DNA of 64,000 bases from positions 32,001 to 96,000 of the IMG/VR virus record IMGVR_UViG_3300028874_000010. One strand, written 5' to 3'. A program made the translations under genes and the position numbers. A model generated the notes under the pieces. It worked only from the letters and a program-made list of their open reading frames with translations. It was not told where the DNA came from and made no database searches. The DNA is from a virus. This document shows, one piece after another, positions 1 through 10,139 of the stretch. Within the stretch, counting starts at the first letter, position 1. Every line of letters starts with the position of its first letter.

Positions 1-292
1 TGTGATCATTCCCAAGGGACGTTTCTATAGTGTGCGCAGTACCAAGAGCGGTATCAATAGTGATAATATTAAGTGTTGTTTCTTTGTCAAAATATAAATC
101 GAAATATGCTCTAACTAATTCTTCATATTTTGGATGGATGATGATAGTGAAATCATCAGAGTAAGTTTTCCAGTATCGGATCAATTCAACAAACCCAGTT
201 TGTTTTCCAATATTGATTAAGAATTTTGGGATGTAATTAGTGAGAGGTTGTAGCCGAGTAGCCAACCCAGCTGCAACAATGCAGATTTTCAT
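1..292 (-). CDS. Sugar-phosphate nucleotidyltransferase (NTP_transferase family), 3' end runs off the window
   Basis: Manual translation from ATG at 292: MKICIVAAGLATRLQPLTNYIPKFLINIG..., the (L/V)AAG-x-(G/A)TRL-x-PLT-x3-PK signature. Not in the ORF track because it is truncated. Confidence 0.85.
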   Translation of the reverse strand, partial: MKICIVAAGLATRLQPLTNYIPKFLINIGKQTGFVELIRYWKTYSDDFTIIIHPKYEELVRAYFDLYFDKETTLNIITIDTALGTAHTIETSLGNDH

Positions 293-331
293 GTATTGCC
301 TTTCTTATTATTTTTATTTTATATGAAGCAG

Positions 332-383
332 AAACGAACATTCTCCACTTGGATATTTTAACACAAGTGGAGAATGTTCGTTT
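332..383. repeat. Perfect 20-bp inverted repeat with 12-nt spacer (terminator and/or operator)
   Basis: aaacgaacattctccacttg (332-351) and caagtggagaatgttcgttt (364-383), intergenic. Confidence 0.85.
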
Positions 384-396
384 GAGTTATTTATTA

Positions 397-804
397 TTAC
401 GAAAGACCCATGAGATCTTTTAATTTATCAATAACTTGTGTAGTCATATTGCATCGTAGTGTGACCAATGTGACTTCAGTTTCGATAATTCTACGAACCA
501 AGCTGCGTGGTTCGAATTCGGCATGATCAACTATAACAGCCGCAGCTGTGTTCAGTATATCAATACCTTGAATAACTTCATATGTTGTGTCTTGATGTTC
601 CAACAGATAAATTGCTGGCATTGGCAATTCAAGCAACAGCATTTTCAAAATCTTTTCATTGATTTTGGGAACCAAACCACTAATCTCTCCCGAAACCATA
701 TTATGATTTCGTATGATTGAGGCAAGTGTAGCAGGCCTTGACCTTACATCAATAAAGTCATTTTGTATAGTGTCCTGTAGTATTTCTCGAAGATTGGTTG
801 TCAT
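397..804 (-). CDS. Degenerate DUF262/ParB-like domain protein
   Basis: LLLELPMPAIYLLE..YEVIQG resembles DUF262 (S-I-L-x-G-x-P-I-P-x-I-Y...Y-E-V-I-D-G-x-Q-R) but lacks DGxQR; GGAGG RBS before ATG 804. Confidence 0.45.
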   Translation of the reverse strand: MTTNLREILQDTIQNDFIDVRSRPATLASIIRNHNMVSGEISGLVPKINEKILKMLLLELPMPAIYLLEHQDTTYEVIQGIDILNTAAAVIVDHAEFEPRSLVRRIIETEVTLVTLRCNMTTQVIDKLKDLMGLS

Positions 805-846
805 ATATCCTCCAGTGATCATGAAATCCATTCTATCACAGAACTT

Positions 847-1356
847 TTAACTATGTAAACTTGTTTTTAGTCTGGCACAAAAACTTGTCAGCCAGATTGT
901 AGGATTTTCTTGAGGCTCAACATAATGAGGCAGTTTTACATTAAGTAAAATGTTATTATGTCCTGTTAAATCAAATGATACATTATCTACTACCACACCG
1001 TTGATAGTGTTACCTGGAGACAACCCAATTACCGGCTGATAATGGTTCTCTAGATTATTATCAGACTTATGGACATGTCGCAGAACCGGGACTCCAGGCT
1101 CTACACAAAACACGATCATAAATTTAATGTAATCTATATTCATTGCTTCTACTGCACGAGCAACTAAATCATTTTTTAGTTCGCTGATATGATAAACATC
1201 CCGAGCCCTAACACCTGCATCTCGGTCTTCATCATCAAAATTTACGATCGTGATGTATGATTGATTAGAAGGACTTCTAGTATTCCTCAAACCCTTGAAA
1301 TATTCATAATCTCCATAATCAAATTCTAATGGTGCATTATTTCTTATCAAAAGCAT
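847..1356 (-). CDS. Cupin / Asp-Asn beta-hydroxylase-like protein
   Basis: VEPG..V..HVH and distal PHYV His pattern of a double-stranded beta-helix fold. Confidence 0.45.
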   Translation of the reverse strand: MLLIRNNAPLEFDYGDYEYFKGLRNTRSPSNQSYITIVNFDDEDRDAGVRARDVYHISELKNDLVARAVEAMNIDYIKFMIVFCVEPGVPVLRHVHKSDNNLENHYQPVIGLSPGNTINGVVVDNVSFDLTGHNNILLNVKLPHYVEPQENPTIWLTSFCARLKTSLHS

Positions 1357-1621
1357 TTTCTATGTTCCATGTCGCTGTAATATTTCTTTTTGCTAATGTT
1401 TCACGTTTCATCAAATCTTCCCAAGCTTGTTCCAATCCATCCAAATCTTCATCTTTACAGATTTCGACGATATACATAACTTTTCCGTCATCATGAAATG
1501 ATACCGACCTATTTACATGATGTTGTTCTAAGAACTCATTGTACGTGTGCCACTGATACGACCTAAAATACATGAAGCCAGTTGTTTGTGGGTTGGTTAA
1601 TGTTCTAGTAATTAATTTCAT
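1337..1621 (-). CDS. Hypothetical protein
   Basis: ORF overlapping both neighbours in operon fashion. Confidence 0.6.
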   Translation of the reverse strand: MKLITRTLTNPQTTGFMYFRSYQWHTYNEFLEQHHVNRSVSFHDDGKVMYIVEICKDEDLDGLEQAWEDLMKRETLAKRNITATWNIENAFDKK

Positions 1622-2616
1622 TTCATTGTAATATTGTAAAAACCATTTGTTCCAGATGTCGGAAAATCTTCTATCTGGATTCTCAATCCGCTACTTTCAG
1701 ATTGTTCTGGCTCCATGACGAATTCATCACATTGCCAGTTATATCTTTGTTCTGATTTATTTAATAGCCTATCAAAATACGCATCAAAGAAATTTGGACA
1801 GATATATTCATGGAGAATATTCCAATACGCACTAGACCTCACATTGAAATCAAAAATTAGAGGATTTGCTTTAGTTGGAAATGCCTGAAAGCTTCCGAGT
1901 GTTCCGAATGTTAGATTGTGCGCAAAATCATAATTATCAACATCAGTGATTTTGAAATATGTTTTTGATGTTGCGCGCGGAATCATACATTTTGTTTCCA
2001 TCCAATGTCTAGAAGTTCCATCATTTAAATAATGGTGATAGATCGAATGATCTGATTCTATGTATTGTTGGAATATATAAGTCCCAAGTGTCCCTGGATT
2101 TTTCTGCGCATAATAAAATCTAGCTAGACCTTCATCGACATCCCGCATCAGATAATTTGTAAAATCATCAATCGAATTATATGTTTCATACGCCCATGGG
2201 TCGCCGCCTTTACTACCAGATCCATAGACAGATTTGACGATAATTGGCATGTTTTTTGGAACATCTTCAATAGTTCGCCAAGACGGAATTCCATCTAATT
2301 TAGGACTGAGAGAACCTAAATATGATTTGTGTACCGCATTAAGAGGAATTGTTTCATAATCTAACAAAGAGTTTAGAATCGAAATAGCATTACCGAGATT
2401 ATCATTACAGCCAATAAAGAAATCGCAGTTTGATTGGGATCCGAGTTCTACAAGTCTTTCAATATTATTTGAATATAACGCTGTTGAATCTGGGAAATAT
2501 AAAGGACCTCGAGAAAAGATTTGTGGTGTATGGCCCACTCGTTCTATTGCATTAGAAAACAATGATGCTTTTCTCTGAGCGCTTCTTGCTGTCCCACATA
2601 AGATACCTATTTTCAT
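1618..2616 (-). CDS. ATP-grasp fold protein (divergent)
   Basis: PIIVKS.YGSGSKG, YIFQQYIE and IFDFNVR motifs. Confidence 0.6.
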   Translation of the reverse strand: MKIGILCGTARSAQRKASLFSNAIERVGHTPQIFSRGPLYFPDSTALYSNNIERLVELGSQSNCDFFIGCNDNLGNAISILNSLLDYETIPLNAVHKSYLGSLSPKLDGIPSWRTIEDVPKNMPIIVKSVYGSGSKGGDPWAYETYNSIDDFTNYLMRDVDEGLARFYYAQKNPGTLGTYIFQQYIESDHSIYHHYLNDGTSRHWMETKCMIPRATSKTYFKITDVDNYDFAHNLTFGTLGSFQAFPTKANPLIFDFNVRSSAYWNILHEYICPNFFDAYFDRLLNKSEQRYNWQCDEFVMEPEQSESSGLRIQIEDFPTSGTNGFYNITMK

Positions 2617-2622
2617 ATTGAT

Positions 2623-2901
2623 CTATATAAATTGAGCGACAACATTAATCGCATCTTGTTGTTTTCTATCTTCAATCAACTGTAGAAGAGTTTTGATTTT
2701 TGATTGGTATGGCGCAACATGGTATTCTAACTCACTGAACGGGATTTTTCCTTTACTATTTAATCTGATCAAATTATCTATATCATATTGACATGACGCG
2801 ATCAAAAAATTTAGTTCTGGTATAGTACGAAATTCACACTTGTTATATGACTTATTTCCAGTACAAATAACTATTCCAGAATCAGCGAGTTCTTTATCCA
2901 T
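2623..2901 (-). CDS. Hypothetical protein
   Basis: ORF with AAGG RBS. Confidence 0.55.
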   Translation of the reverse strand: MDKELADSGIVICTGNKSYNKCEFRTIPELNFLIASCQYDIDNLIRLNSKGKIPFSELEYHVAPYQSKIKTLLQLIEDRKQQDAINVVAQFI

Positions 2902-3054
2902 TACCTTTCCTTTTCCATGTGTTCAGCACGTCCGATTTGTGTAAATATTGTATCATCGATTGATTCTAAAAGATGCCATTCTTCAGTACCGAGTTCATAT
3001 TTTGATTGGATCATCGCATTAAATTCTTCAATCAATTTTAGATCATTTAGAATA

Positions 3055-3675
3055 TTATCCATTTGCTTTCTCTGCTGCAAGCATTGACCCGAGTGCCCCA
3101 GCCGGATGATACTTAAGGAAGTCCATTCTCGTAAATCCTTTTAGATCACTCAAAGTTACTGAAATACAATCAAGAATACAAAGTAATGCAGTAGTACTCG
3201 ATGTTGGTGCTAGACCTTCTTTATCACCTTCGATTACTGTCCCTATAAACAACTCATAATCCGCATTGCTTTTTGGTTTATCTTTTTTACAATGAATCAG
3301 AATTTGTTTCACATTAGGGCGAATAATTTTAACATAATTAATAACATCAAGCATTTCTTGTGTTTGCCCACTACGAGAAATGTGAATGATACAATCATCT
3401 GGGGAAATATATCCAAAATCCCCATGGCCACAATGGGTAATATTCAAAGGCATAGTTGATAAGCCTAATGATGCCATTGTTTCTGAGATCTTAGTAGCTA
3501 TGTTTGCATTCTTGCCAACACCAGCAATAATGATTCTTCTTGAATAATCGGTGAAGGTAGAAAGAAAATCAATAATCTGTTTATATTCTTCTGTATGAAT
3601 TACACTATACAAATTCTCTAATGCGCTAATTTGTTTATCAATACAATGTTCTGCTAAAGTTCTTGGTTGATCCAT
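3055..3675 (-). CDS. SIS-domain sugar-phosphate isomerase, arabinose-5-phosphate isomerase (KdsD/KpsF/GutQ-like, no CBS domains)
   Basis: GVGKNA.IA.K, HGDFG, ISRSG.T.E, APTSSTT and F.K.HPAG.LG motifs. Confidence 0.9.
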   Translation of the reverse strand: MDQPRTLAEHCIDKQISALENLYSVIHTEEYKQIIDFLSTFTDYSRRIIIAGVGKNANIATKISETMASLGLSTMPLNITHCGHGDFGYISPDDCIIHISRSGQTQEMLDVINYVKIIRPNVKQILIHCKKDKPKSNADYELFIGTVIEGDKEGLAPTSSTTALLCILDCISVTLSDLKGFTRMDFLKYHPAGALGSMLAAEKANG

Positions 3676-3704
3676 ATTAATTGTCTCACTATATTTTTAT
3701 TATT

Positions 3705-4256
3705 TTATGTTTCTATTTTAAACTGAATTAATCCTGCTTGGTACGCCGAACTTTTATAAGTATTTACCTGATGTTCTGGCATATCGGGTCCAACACCTTG
3801 AGCGATAACAGTATGCCAATAATCATGATGCAATCCTACATATCCTAATGCTTCTATTAGATATGTCAGATTAGGGTTTTTAGTTTGACCCATAGTGATA
3901 ATCAAACTGATTGGTAGATTTAAAATAGGAGTTTTAGTTACTCCATCGTGCGTATAGGCAAAACCATTTACTAAGATTTTTTGCATGAATGCCACTAATG
4001 GATATGGCGGCATTTCACACCATAATGGAAATGAAAAACAGATTGCATCACACTCAAGAATGTGCTCTTTGTATGCCTCAATCAGCATTTCATTTCTATC
4101 ATTGCTTTGAGTATAACCGGTATGAAAATGATTCTCAAATAAATCTAACTTACCAATATCATGCCCTGCATCTTTAACACCTTGGATAAATTGATTGGTA
4201 AGTTCCGCGCCGAATCCGCTCTTATTGGGATTTGCAGTAATAACAAGGCTCTTCAT
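3705..4256 (-). CDS. Flavodoxin-fold NAD(P)H-dependent oxidoreductase (Flavodoxin_2 family)
   Basis: ANPNKSGF, DLF, FPLW..P..L..F, GFAY and TMG motifs. Confidence 0.75.
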   Translation of the reverse strand: MKSLVITANPNKSGFGAELTNQFIQGVKDAGHDIGKLDLFENHFHTGYTQSNDRNEMLIEAYKEHILECDAICFSFPLWCEMPPYPLVAFMQKILVNGFAYTHDGVTKTPILNLPISLIITMGQTKNPNLTYLIEALGYVGLHHDYWHTVIAQGVGPDMPEHQVNTYKSSAYQAGLIQFKIET

Positions 4257-4257
4257 A

Positions 4258-4986
4258 TTATTTTAATAGTTTTAGTAATGGATATTCTTCAGCACTGCGA
4301 AACCGCAACCAATATTGTGGATGTCTACATGATTGGACATTATATCTGTTTGCTAAACACTTTGTCCACTTTGCAGCTTCATTGCCGAGTGTTATAATTT
4401 TTTTGGGTTTTAGGTTATCTAGAAATGTTTGTTCTGTTTCAACACCAAATCCATCTTTAGCATTGATCCAATAATATTTATCTTCCGGGATATTAGCATC
4501 TTCTAATTTTTTTAGGAGCCAACGCCCGGACCCAGATCCAACAAATGGAGTATTGTACCCTAATGCTTTAGCCCCAGGGCAATCGCCAACTAAAAGAATA
4601 TTTCCAACACGAAAGTTTCCAATTCCACTGCCTTTTTCATCTCTGTTTAATGATTGGATCGTCGTGGCAATAGATGTAAGACGAAGACTATTAGCTTCTA
4701 TTGAAACTAAAAATCTAGTTTGTTGACGCTCGATATAAAATTCAATTGCGTTATTGCCTAGAGCAATTCTTTCCAGGCCTCTACGCTCGTACGGTTGTAA
4801 ATATCGGCACCCATTAGAGAAAAAATTCCAGAGGAAATGAATCTGGTCTGGGTATTTTGCGCGCTCGGCTAAAGTGATAATAGCTTGATTAAATGAAAGT
4901 GGTTCATCGAATCCGACTATAGATGTATACACCCCATCCAAATTAATAGTCGGCAATTCTTTAAGTCCTTCATAGAAGACAAACAT
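4258..4986 (-). CDS. Uracil-DNA glycosylase superfamily protein (C-terminal UDG-like domain)
   Basis: ILLVGDCPG...PFVG.GSG.WL, YWINA, P.KIITLG.EA and HPQY motifs. Confidence 0.7.
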   Translation of the reverse strand: MFVFYEGLKELPTINLDGVYTSIVGFDEPLSFNQAIITLAERAKYPDQIHFLWNFFSNGCRYLQPYERRGLERIALGNNAIEFYIERQQTRFLVSIEANSLRLTSIATTIQSLNRDEKGSGIGNFRVGNILLVGDCPGAKALGYNTPFVGSGSGRWLLKKLEDANIPEDKYYWINAKDGFGVETEQTFLDNLKPKKIITLGNEAAKWTKCLANRYNVQSCRHPQYWLRFRSAEEYPLLKLLK

Positions 4987-4990
4987 GATT

Positions 4991-5635
4991 TTACCATCCT
5001 TCTGTCGGGTGTTCTAGATAGACTTGAACTTGTCTACGAATCTCATTCGTGATTTTATTTTGGCGACCGGTATTTCTTGATAACCTAATAAACCACCGCC
5101 ATCCATTGTCTATTGCTTTGACTCCAGAATGAAATGATTCACCATTGAACTGGATGTATTCACCAGATTTAACTTGATATTTTTCCAAGTGTGACATGGT
5201 TTCTATCTCATCATGCCACCTATTGTATATCCTTGTATTGATATCAGGTTCGGAAACTTCTACTGGCCCAATAATAAATGTGGTAGGACAAATCTCAGCA
5301 TTAACAAGACCTGATAAATGTTCAGCTCTATATTCTGGCGTCAAGTAATTTGGTTGTCCTGTTGATGTAGACCGAGGGATATCATCATGATGCCAACCTG
5401 GAATACACGGATACCAATTCTTCATGAGCATATGAACTCTCGAATCCAAAACCAGATTACTGCTGGTCCACCAATCATGCGGAAGCTTTAGAATAAATTC
5501 CTTAGTGATTGGTCCGCCATGCTGATATGCATAATCAAGATTACAATTAAAAAACATTGGTTCATTTTTAATATCTTCAATGTTCCAATCTGCCTTGAAT
5601 GATCCACGATTTTGGATTTGAGAATTGAATTTCAT
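4991..5635 (-). CDS. 2OG-Fe(II) oxygenase-like phage protein
   Basis: PGWHHD (HxD), distal FH and WRWFIR; start refined to MKFNSQ. Confidence 0.55.
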   Translation of the reverse strand: MKFNSQIQNRGSFKADWNIEDIKNEPMFFNCNLDYAYQHGGPITKEFILKLPHDWWTSSNLVLDSRVHMLMKNWYPCIPGWHHDDIPRSTSTGQPNYLTPEYRAEHLSGLVNAEICPTTFIIGPVEVSEPDINTRIYNRWHDEIETMSHLEKYQVKSGEYIQFNGESFHSGVKAIDNGWRWFIRLSRNTGRQNKITNEIRRQVQVYLEHPTEGW

Positions 5636-5645
5636 TTGATACCCT

Positions 5646-5870
5646 TTACATATTATCGAAACATATAAATTTTTCACTGATAGGATCCAGAAATCCTACA
5701 GAGTCATGCCCAAACTTTGCACTTTCTATAACCATAATATTTCCGATACTATTTGAACCTATCAAATAGTCATCAGGAAAATTAAATGTTTCTAACATTT
5801 CTTTAATACACTTGATGGTGACACATCTAAATGCAGGCATTCCATTTGAATCATTGAGTATCATATTCAT
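5646..5870 (-). CDS. Hypothetical protein
   Basis: ORF in operon. Confidence 0.5.
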   Translation of the reverse strand: MNMILNDSNGMPAFRCVTIKCIKEMLETFNFPDDYLIGSNSIGNIMVIESAKFGHDSVGFLDPISEKFICFDNM

Positions 5871-6801
5871 CTACCAGTTTAGGAATTCCGTTGATTAAAC
5901 GGAATAGATTTGTTTTATCAAACTTTGGTAAAGCTTCAGCAAAAGCTTTCCAAATATCCTGGTTCTCATTAGTTCGACCCCAGTTTTTAGTAATATCTAA
6001 ATTCTGAGATTTTGCCATCACCTCTAGTTCTTCACAAATCAATTCCCAATGCTCAATGAACTTTGGTGTATTAGAAGTAGCACAATGAGCCAAGAAAAAA
6101 GCTGTCGCGAATAAAACCACTGAAGCCATTTCATTTATAGGCAGCTCTAGGGTCCGGAGTTCGATTCCTATGACCTTACCAAGTTGAAGAGGTATAACAT
6201 CATCAGACCATCGTTCGCGCAATCCGGCGCGCCCCTTACGTCCCCAGGACATAACTTTTTTAGAGTTTAATACTTCACTAATTCGTCTAGGAGAAGTAAA
6301 TCCAATGACTTCTAGAGCCATGAGAATCATCCCGGCTTTTTTGCCAAGCCCAAGACCGCCAAGTGTGATATGAAGCGAATGCTTATGATTCGTTGGAATA
6401 GCACCAATTCGGCGAAGTAGTTCGACTTCATACGCGAGGACCGCGGGGTTGTAGCATGGTTCAAACGCAAACTCGTAGTACTTGTCCTTGCCTTTTGGGA
6501 TTCCGCATTGCTCAGTAAGCTTCAAACGTGGAGTTAAATGCTCCTCTTCCCTAGAACAATGGTTCGTCAAAAGCTGTTTTGATCTATCCGATAGTTCAGA
6601 GTAAGGAGTATTCTTCAAATAGACTTCATACAAATGTGGAAAATAATGACGCCACCGAACTTCAACCTCTGCACCAATAGTGACACAATCACTTTCAGTA
6701 TAGAGGTCTTCGATGTATTGCATTTGGGTAATATTCTGTTCTGGAATTTCACCAAGCTCTGGAAAGGCATTGAACAGGTTGCGAATCGCGTCAGTTCTCA
6801 T
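5851..6801 (-). CDS. Putative amidoligase (glutamate-cysteine ligase-like COOH-NH2 ligase)
   Basis: TIGAEVEV, YEF..EP, SLHITLGG and IELR motifs; start refined to MRTDAI. Confidence 0.55.
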   Translation of the reverse strand: MRTDAIRNLFNAFPELGEIPEQNITQMQYIEDLYTESDCVTIGAEVEVRWRHYFPHLYEVYLKNTPYSELSDRSKQLLTNHCSREEEHLTPRLKLTEQCGIPKGKDKYYEFAFEPCYNPAVLAYEVELLRRIGAIPTNHKHSLHITLGGLGLGKKAGMILMALEVIGFTSPRRISEVLNSKKVMSWGRKGRAGLRERWSDDVIPLQLGKVIGIELRTLELPINEMASVVLFATAFFLAHCATSNTPKFIEHWELICEELEVMAKSQNLDITKNWGRTNENQDIWKAFAEALPKFDKTNLFRLINGIPKLVDEYDTQ

Positions 6802-6811
6802 TATATATGTT

Positions 6812-8692
6812 CTAGTCGAAGATGAAATCTTCCCATTGTTTAAGGAATGGATATGATTGTTTTGAAGTGCCAAGCTTGATATACTCAACAGACAGTTCAA
6901 TGAATTCCTTCTGCGTTGCAGAATTTGTTTTGATAAGCATGTTTACAACATGACCAAAATATGTAGAATTATCACTGAGCAGTTTTTTAGCTCTTGCTAA
7001 TTCACGAGTTATGATATTGGTGATAGCAATATCCGATTCTTGGATTGATGTCACCCAATTAATAGGGAGTCCAGCCGATCCGTCAATTAAAACCGGAACA
7101 TTATTTTCAAATCCAAATCGTCTAACATAATTGCTGGATAGATTTGTTGCTTGGACAATATCCGATTGTGCCCCACTTGTTATATTTTCTTTGCCATAGA
7201 TTAATTCTTCCGCAGCTCGACCAGCTAACATAATACAAATAGAATCAAGGCATTGTAATTTAGTTTCTGCTTCATCTGAAGGCGCATCAAGAATATACCC
7301 ACCTTTAAATTGAGATGTATTAACCTTTACTTCGAAAGGTGCCGATTTAGTCAATAGAGAATATATCACAGCATGTCCACTTTCATGAACAGCAACTAGA
7401 GCTTTGAAATCAGCTGAAGTTTTTTTCTTGTTCTCATTCATTTCCAATTCGACTGGAAATGATGCCGAAGAATTAAAACCATTAACTACTATATGTTTTT
7501 CATCATCATGCATGAAAAGAGATAAACTCTTTTCATCATTCTCTATAGCCCAAAATGTTGCGTTAACCAGCAGATTACTGAAAATTTTGTGGATAGATGA
7601 AAATACTGGCCGAGTTCCTTGTGTCGGGAAGACCGCATTGTTATAAATCTCATCTAATATTTTTTGATCTAATGTAAAGGATATATCCGACACTTTAGAC
7701 ATTTCATCAGTGTACTTAAGACATGTTGCTTTGATCAGCTTTTGATACGACGATTTACTCATAGACGGGTAGATAATATGATTATTGCCCATGCGAGAAA
7801 TCTGTTCTGGACGAAACCGTTCTTCTAGATTTGCCTTGATTTCATTGGATGTAATATTTTTGGTAACTTCATGATAATAATCAGCATCAGTATCAGAATC
7901 ATCTGTACTTGTCGCCCCAATAAAAGCAGTATCCAGATTACCAGAAATAAAGATAACTAATTTAGAATAATCAATTTCCCAAGTAGTTCGTGAGTCACAA
8001 AATTCATGGAACACTTTTGCTATTTTTGAGGTAGACCAAGACAGAATTTCACTAATTGGTTCCTGTAGGCGCAGAAGTTTCTTTAGATTTTTTGCTTCAT
8101 ACGGATATAGCGATGTTTTTTTCTTTGGTTTGCTATCCTCATCTTCATCAGACTCATTAAGAAATTTGCCATCATCATAATCTTGCTGTGCAATCAGCAT
8201 TTCAATTTCATCAAAAACTGATGAATCAGATGAAAACTTACCATCACTTAAAAGAGTCCAGACATCTTGGTATCGTTCAACCGCAACATCTGCATCATTA
8301 TCATCAACAGTCCGGTAACGTTGGATTTCATCTAACAACAAAATACCTGGTGTGCCTTCATCAATAGATGATTGCAAAAGAACAGATGAAATCGTAGTAG
8401 GTCCATATGCTTTAATAGACCCACCATCCATTTGTATTTCTACAAACTTGGTATTAAAATCCAGTAGTGATACGATACGCCGGACTAATTGGGTTTTGCC
8501 AACACCAGTCATACCCCAAAGATTAATGATCACTGGGCGAGTAATAATTTCTGGGAAAATATACCAAGCTGAAAGAGAGTCAACAATCTTTTCAATGATT
8601 TCATCCAAACCAAAAAATTCTGTTTTCAGCTGAATTTTAACTCGGTCTAAAACTTCACGCTTTGCGGTGATTAAACTTTTATCTAACGGCAT
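6812..8692 (-). CDS. Soluble AAA+ ATPase fused to FtsH-type M41 metallopeptidase
   Basis: Walker A GMTGVGKT, Walker B LLLDE, FRPEQISR; HESGH, LAGRAAEE and SGAQSD M41 motifs; no TM segments seen. Confidence 0.8.
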   Translation of the reverse strand: MPLDKSLITAKREVLDRVKIQLKTEFFGLDEIIEKIVDSLSAWYIFPEIITRPVIINLWGMTGVGKTQLVRRIVSLLDFNTKFVEIQMDGGSIKAYGPTTISSVLLQSSIDEGTPGILLLDEIQRYRTVDDNDADVAVERYQDVWTLLSDGKFSSDSSVFDEIEMLIAQQDYDDGKFLNESDEDEDSKPKKKTSLYPYEAKNLKKLLRLQEPISEILSWSTSKIAKVFHEFCDSRTTWEIDYSKLVIFISGNLDTAFIGATSTDDSDTDADYYHEVTKNITSNEIKANLEERFRPEQISRMGNNHIIYPSMSKSSYQKLIKATCLKYTDEMSKVSDISFTLDQKILDEIYNNAVFPTQGTRPVFSSIHKIFSNLLVNATFWAIENDEKSLSLFMHDDEKHIVVNGFNSSASFPVELEMNENKKKTSADFKALVAVHESGHAVIYSLLTKSAPFEVKVNTSQFKGGYILDAPSDEAETKLQCLDSICIMLAGRAAEELIYGKENITSGAQSDIVQATNLSSNYVRRFGFENNVPVLIDGSAGLPINWVTSIQESDIAITNIITRELARAKKLLSDNSTYFGHVVNMLIKTNSATQKEFIELSVEYIKLGTSKQSYPFLKQWEDFIFD

Positions 8693-8939
8693 CAAATATC
8701 TCGGTTGAGGCGTTTCATTAGTCCAGCCATTTTAGTTTTCCTTCTATTTGAAGATAAGTGTATCGTTATACGTATTGCTCATATGACTTCCAAATTCTTG
8801 ATTATATGATTCATAGCCCATGAGATTTTGCAAATCGCATCGTAATAAATGCCTTGACGGATCAAAGCATTTACGAAATCCTTTTTCTTTTCTTCGATGA
8901 ACTTCAATTGATCTTTCGTTACAATATTCTTAGGCGTAG

Positions 8940-9812
8940 TCATTTATTCCACCCTAACTTCAGAGAAAGTTTCTCGAAGTAATTCCAATCAGCATAGTGG
9001 AGTAAAGTAACTTTCTTTTCATGTCTGGTAATAGTGATTCGTGTATCATCACCTCTCAACCTAGCAATCTCTTGTCCATCTGCTTTACATGAGACCTCAC
9101 GTCCTTTCTTGTTATGGACATCAATTGTAATTGCACTTTTACCAGATACGATAATCGGACGTGATGCCATAGTCAATGGAGCAACTGGAACAATTTCCAT
9201 GACATCTAGATCTGGCTCAATAATACTACCTCCAACCATCAGGGCGTAGGCAGTGGACCCGGTAGGTGTCGCCACTATGACACTATTAGCCTTATGTTTA
9301 CCGGCTGCTGAGGCCCCTATTTGCAAGTCATAATTTATAATTGAGTCGGAATATAAATCAGAAATAACGAAATCATTTAGTGCAAGATATTCATTACCGT
9401 TGAACTCAACGCTGAGCAATGTCCTATAATCTTTTTTAAATATTTCTTCTTGTTGAACACTGCTGGTGTAGATGAACAGTGAGTCAAACAAAATATCTAA
9501 TGTTTCTTCGGTTGCTGTCAAGTCAGTTAAAAATCCAACCTGGCCTAAGTTAACACCCAAAATAGGTAGGTTTAATTCTAGAGCTGATTTTGCCGCATAG
9601 AGAACAGTCCCATCTCCACCAACAGGAACAACAAGAGTTCTATCATCGGCTTCTTCATATGATTCAATGATTTTAATTTCTAACCATTCTGATCCAAACT
9701 GCGGATTATTTTGACGTAAAGCTAAATGCTTTTTAGCAAATGCTATAAGGCAATTTGCTAAACCGACGTTCGCTCCACCGATCTTCGGAATAAACAGAAT
9801 CTTGTTGTACAT
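8940..9812 (-). CDS. nadK: NAD kinase
   Basis: GGDGT, GVNLG.VGFLT, ALND and ATPTGSTAYAL..GG motifs. Confidence 0.95.
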   Translation of the reverse strand: MYNKILFIPKIGGANVGLANCLIAFAKKHLALRQNNPQFGSEWLEIKIIESYEEADDRTLVVPVGGDGTVLYAAKSALELNLPILGVNLGQVGFLTDLTATEETLDILFDSLFIYTSSVQQEEIFKKDYRTLLSVEFNGNEYLALNDFVISDLYSDSIINYDLQIGASAAGKHKANSVIVATPTGSTAYALMVGGSIIEPDLDVMEIVPVAPLTMASRPIIVSGKSAITIDVHNKKGREVSCKADGQEIARLRGDDTRITITRHEKKVTLLHYADWNYFEKLSLKLGWNK

Positions 9813-9815
9813 TAC

Positions 9816-10139
9816 TTAACCTTTGTATTCTGTGATCAACTTAATAAGCTGGCCTTTGGATTGACCGCCAATTGCTCTATTGACAACTTGTCCAGCCCGG
9901 AAAAAAAGTAGAGTTGGGACAGCACGAACCTGATACTCACTAGCTAATTCAAAATCCTCATCAATATCAAGCTTGACTACGAGCATAGTACTGATATTTT
10001 CTGTTGCAACCTGTTCAAGTGTTGGGGCCATTGACTTACATGGCCCACACCAAGGAGCAGAAAAGTTAACCAATACGAACTCATTCATTTTGAGAATTTC
10101 TGCTAATTCACTACCTTTGATTTGTGTAACAGCTGACAT
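9816..10139 (-). CDS. trxA: Thioredoxin
   Basis: WCGPC active site and cis-Pro VPT. Confidence 0.95.
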   Translation of the reverse strand: MSAVTQIKGSELAEILKMNEFVLVNFSAPWCGPCKSMAPTLEQVATENISTMLVVKLDIDEDFELASEYQVRAVPTLLFFRAGQVVNRAIGGQSKGQLIKLITEYKG

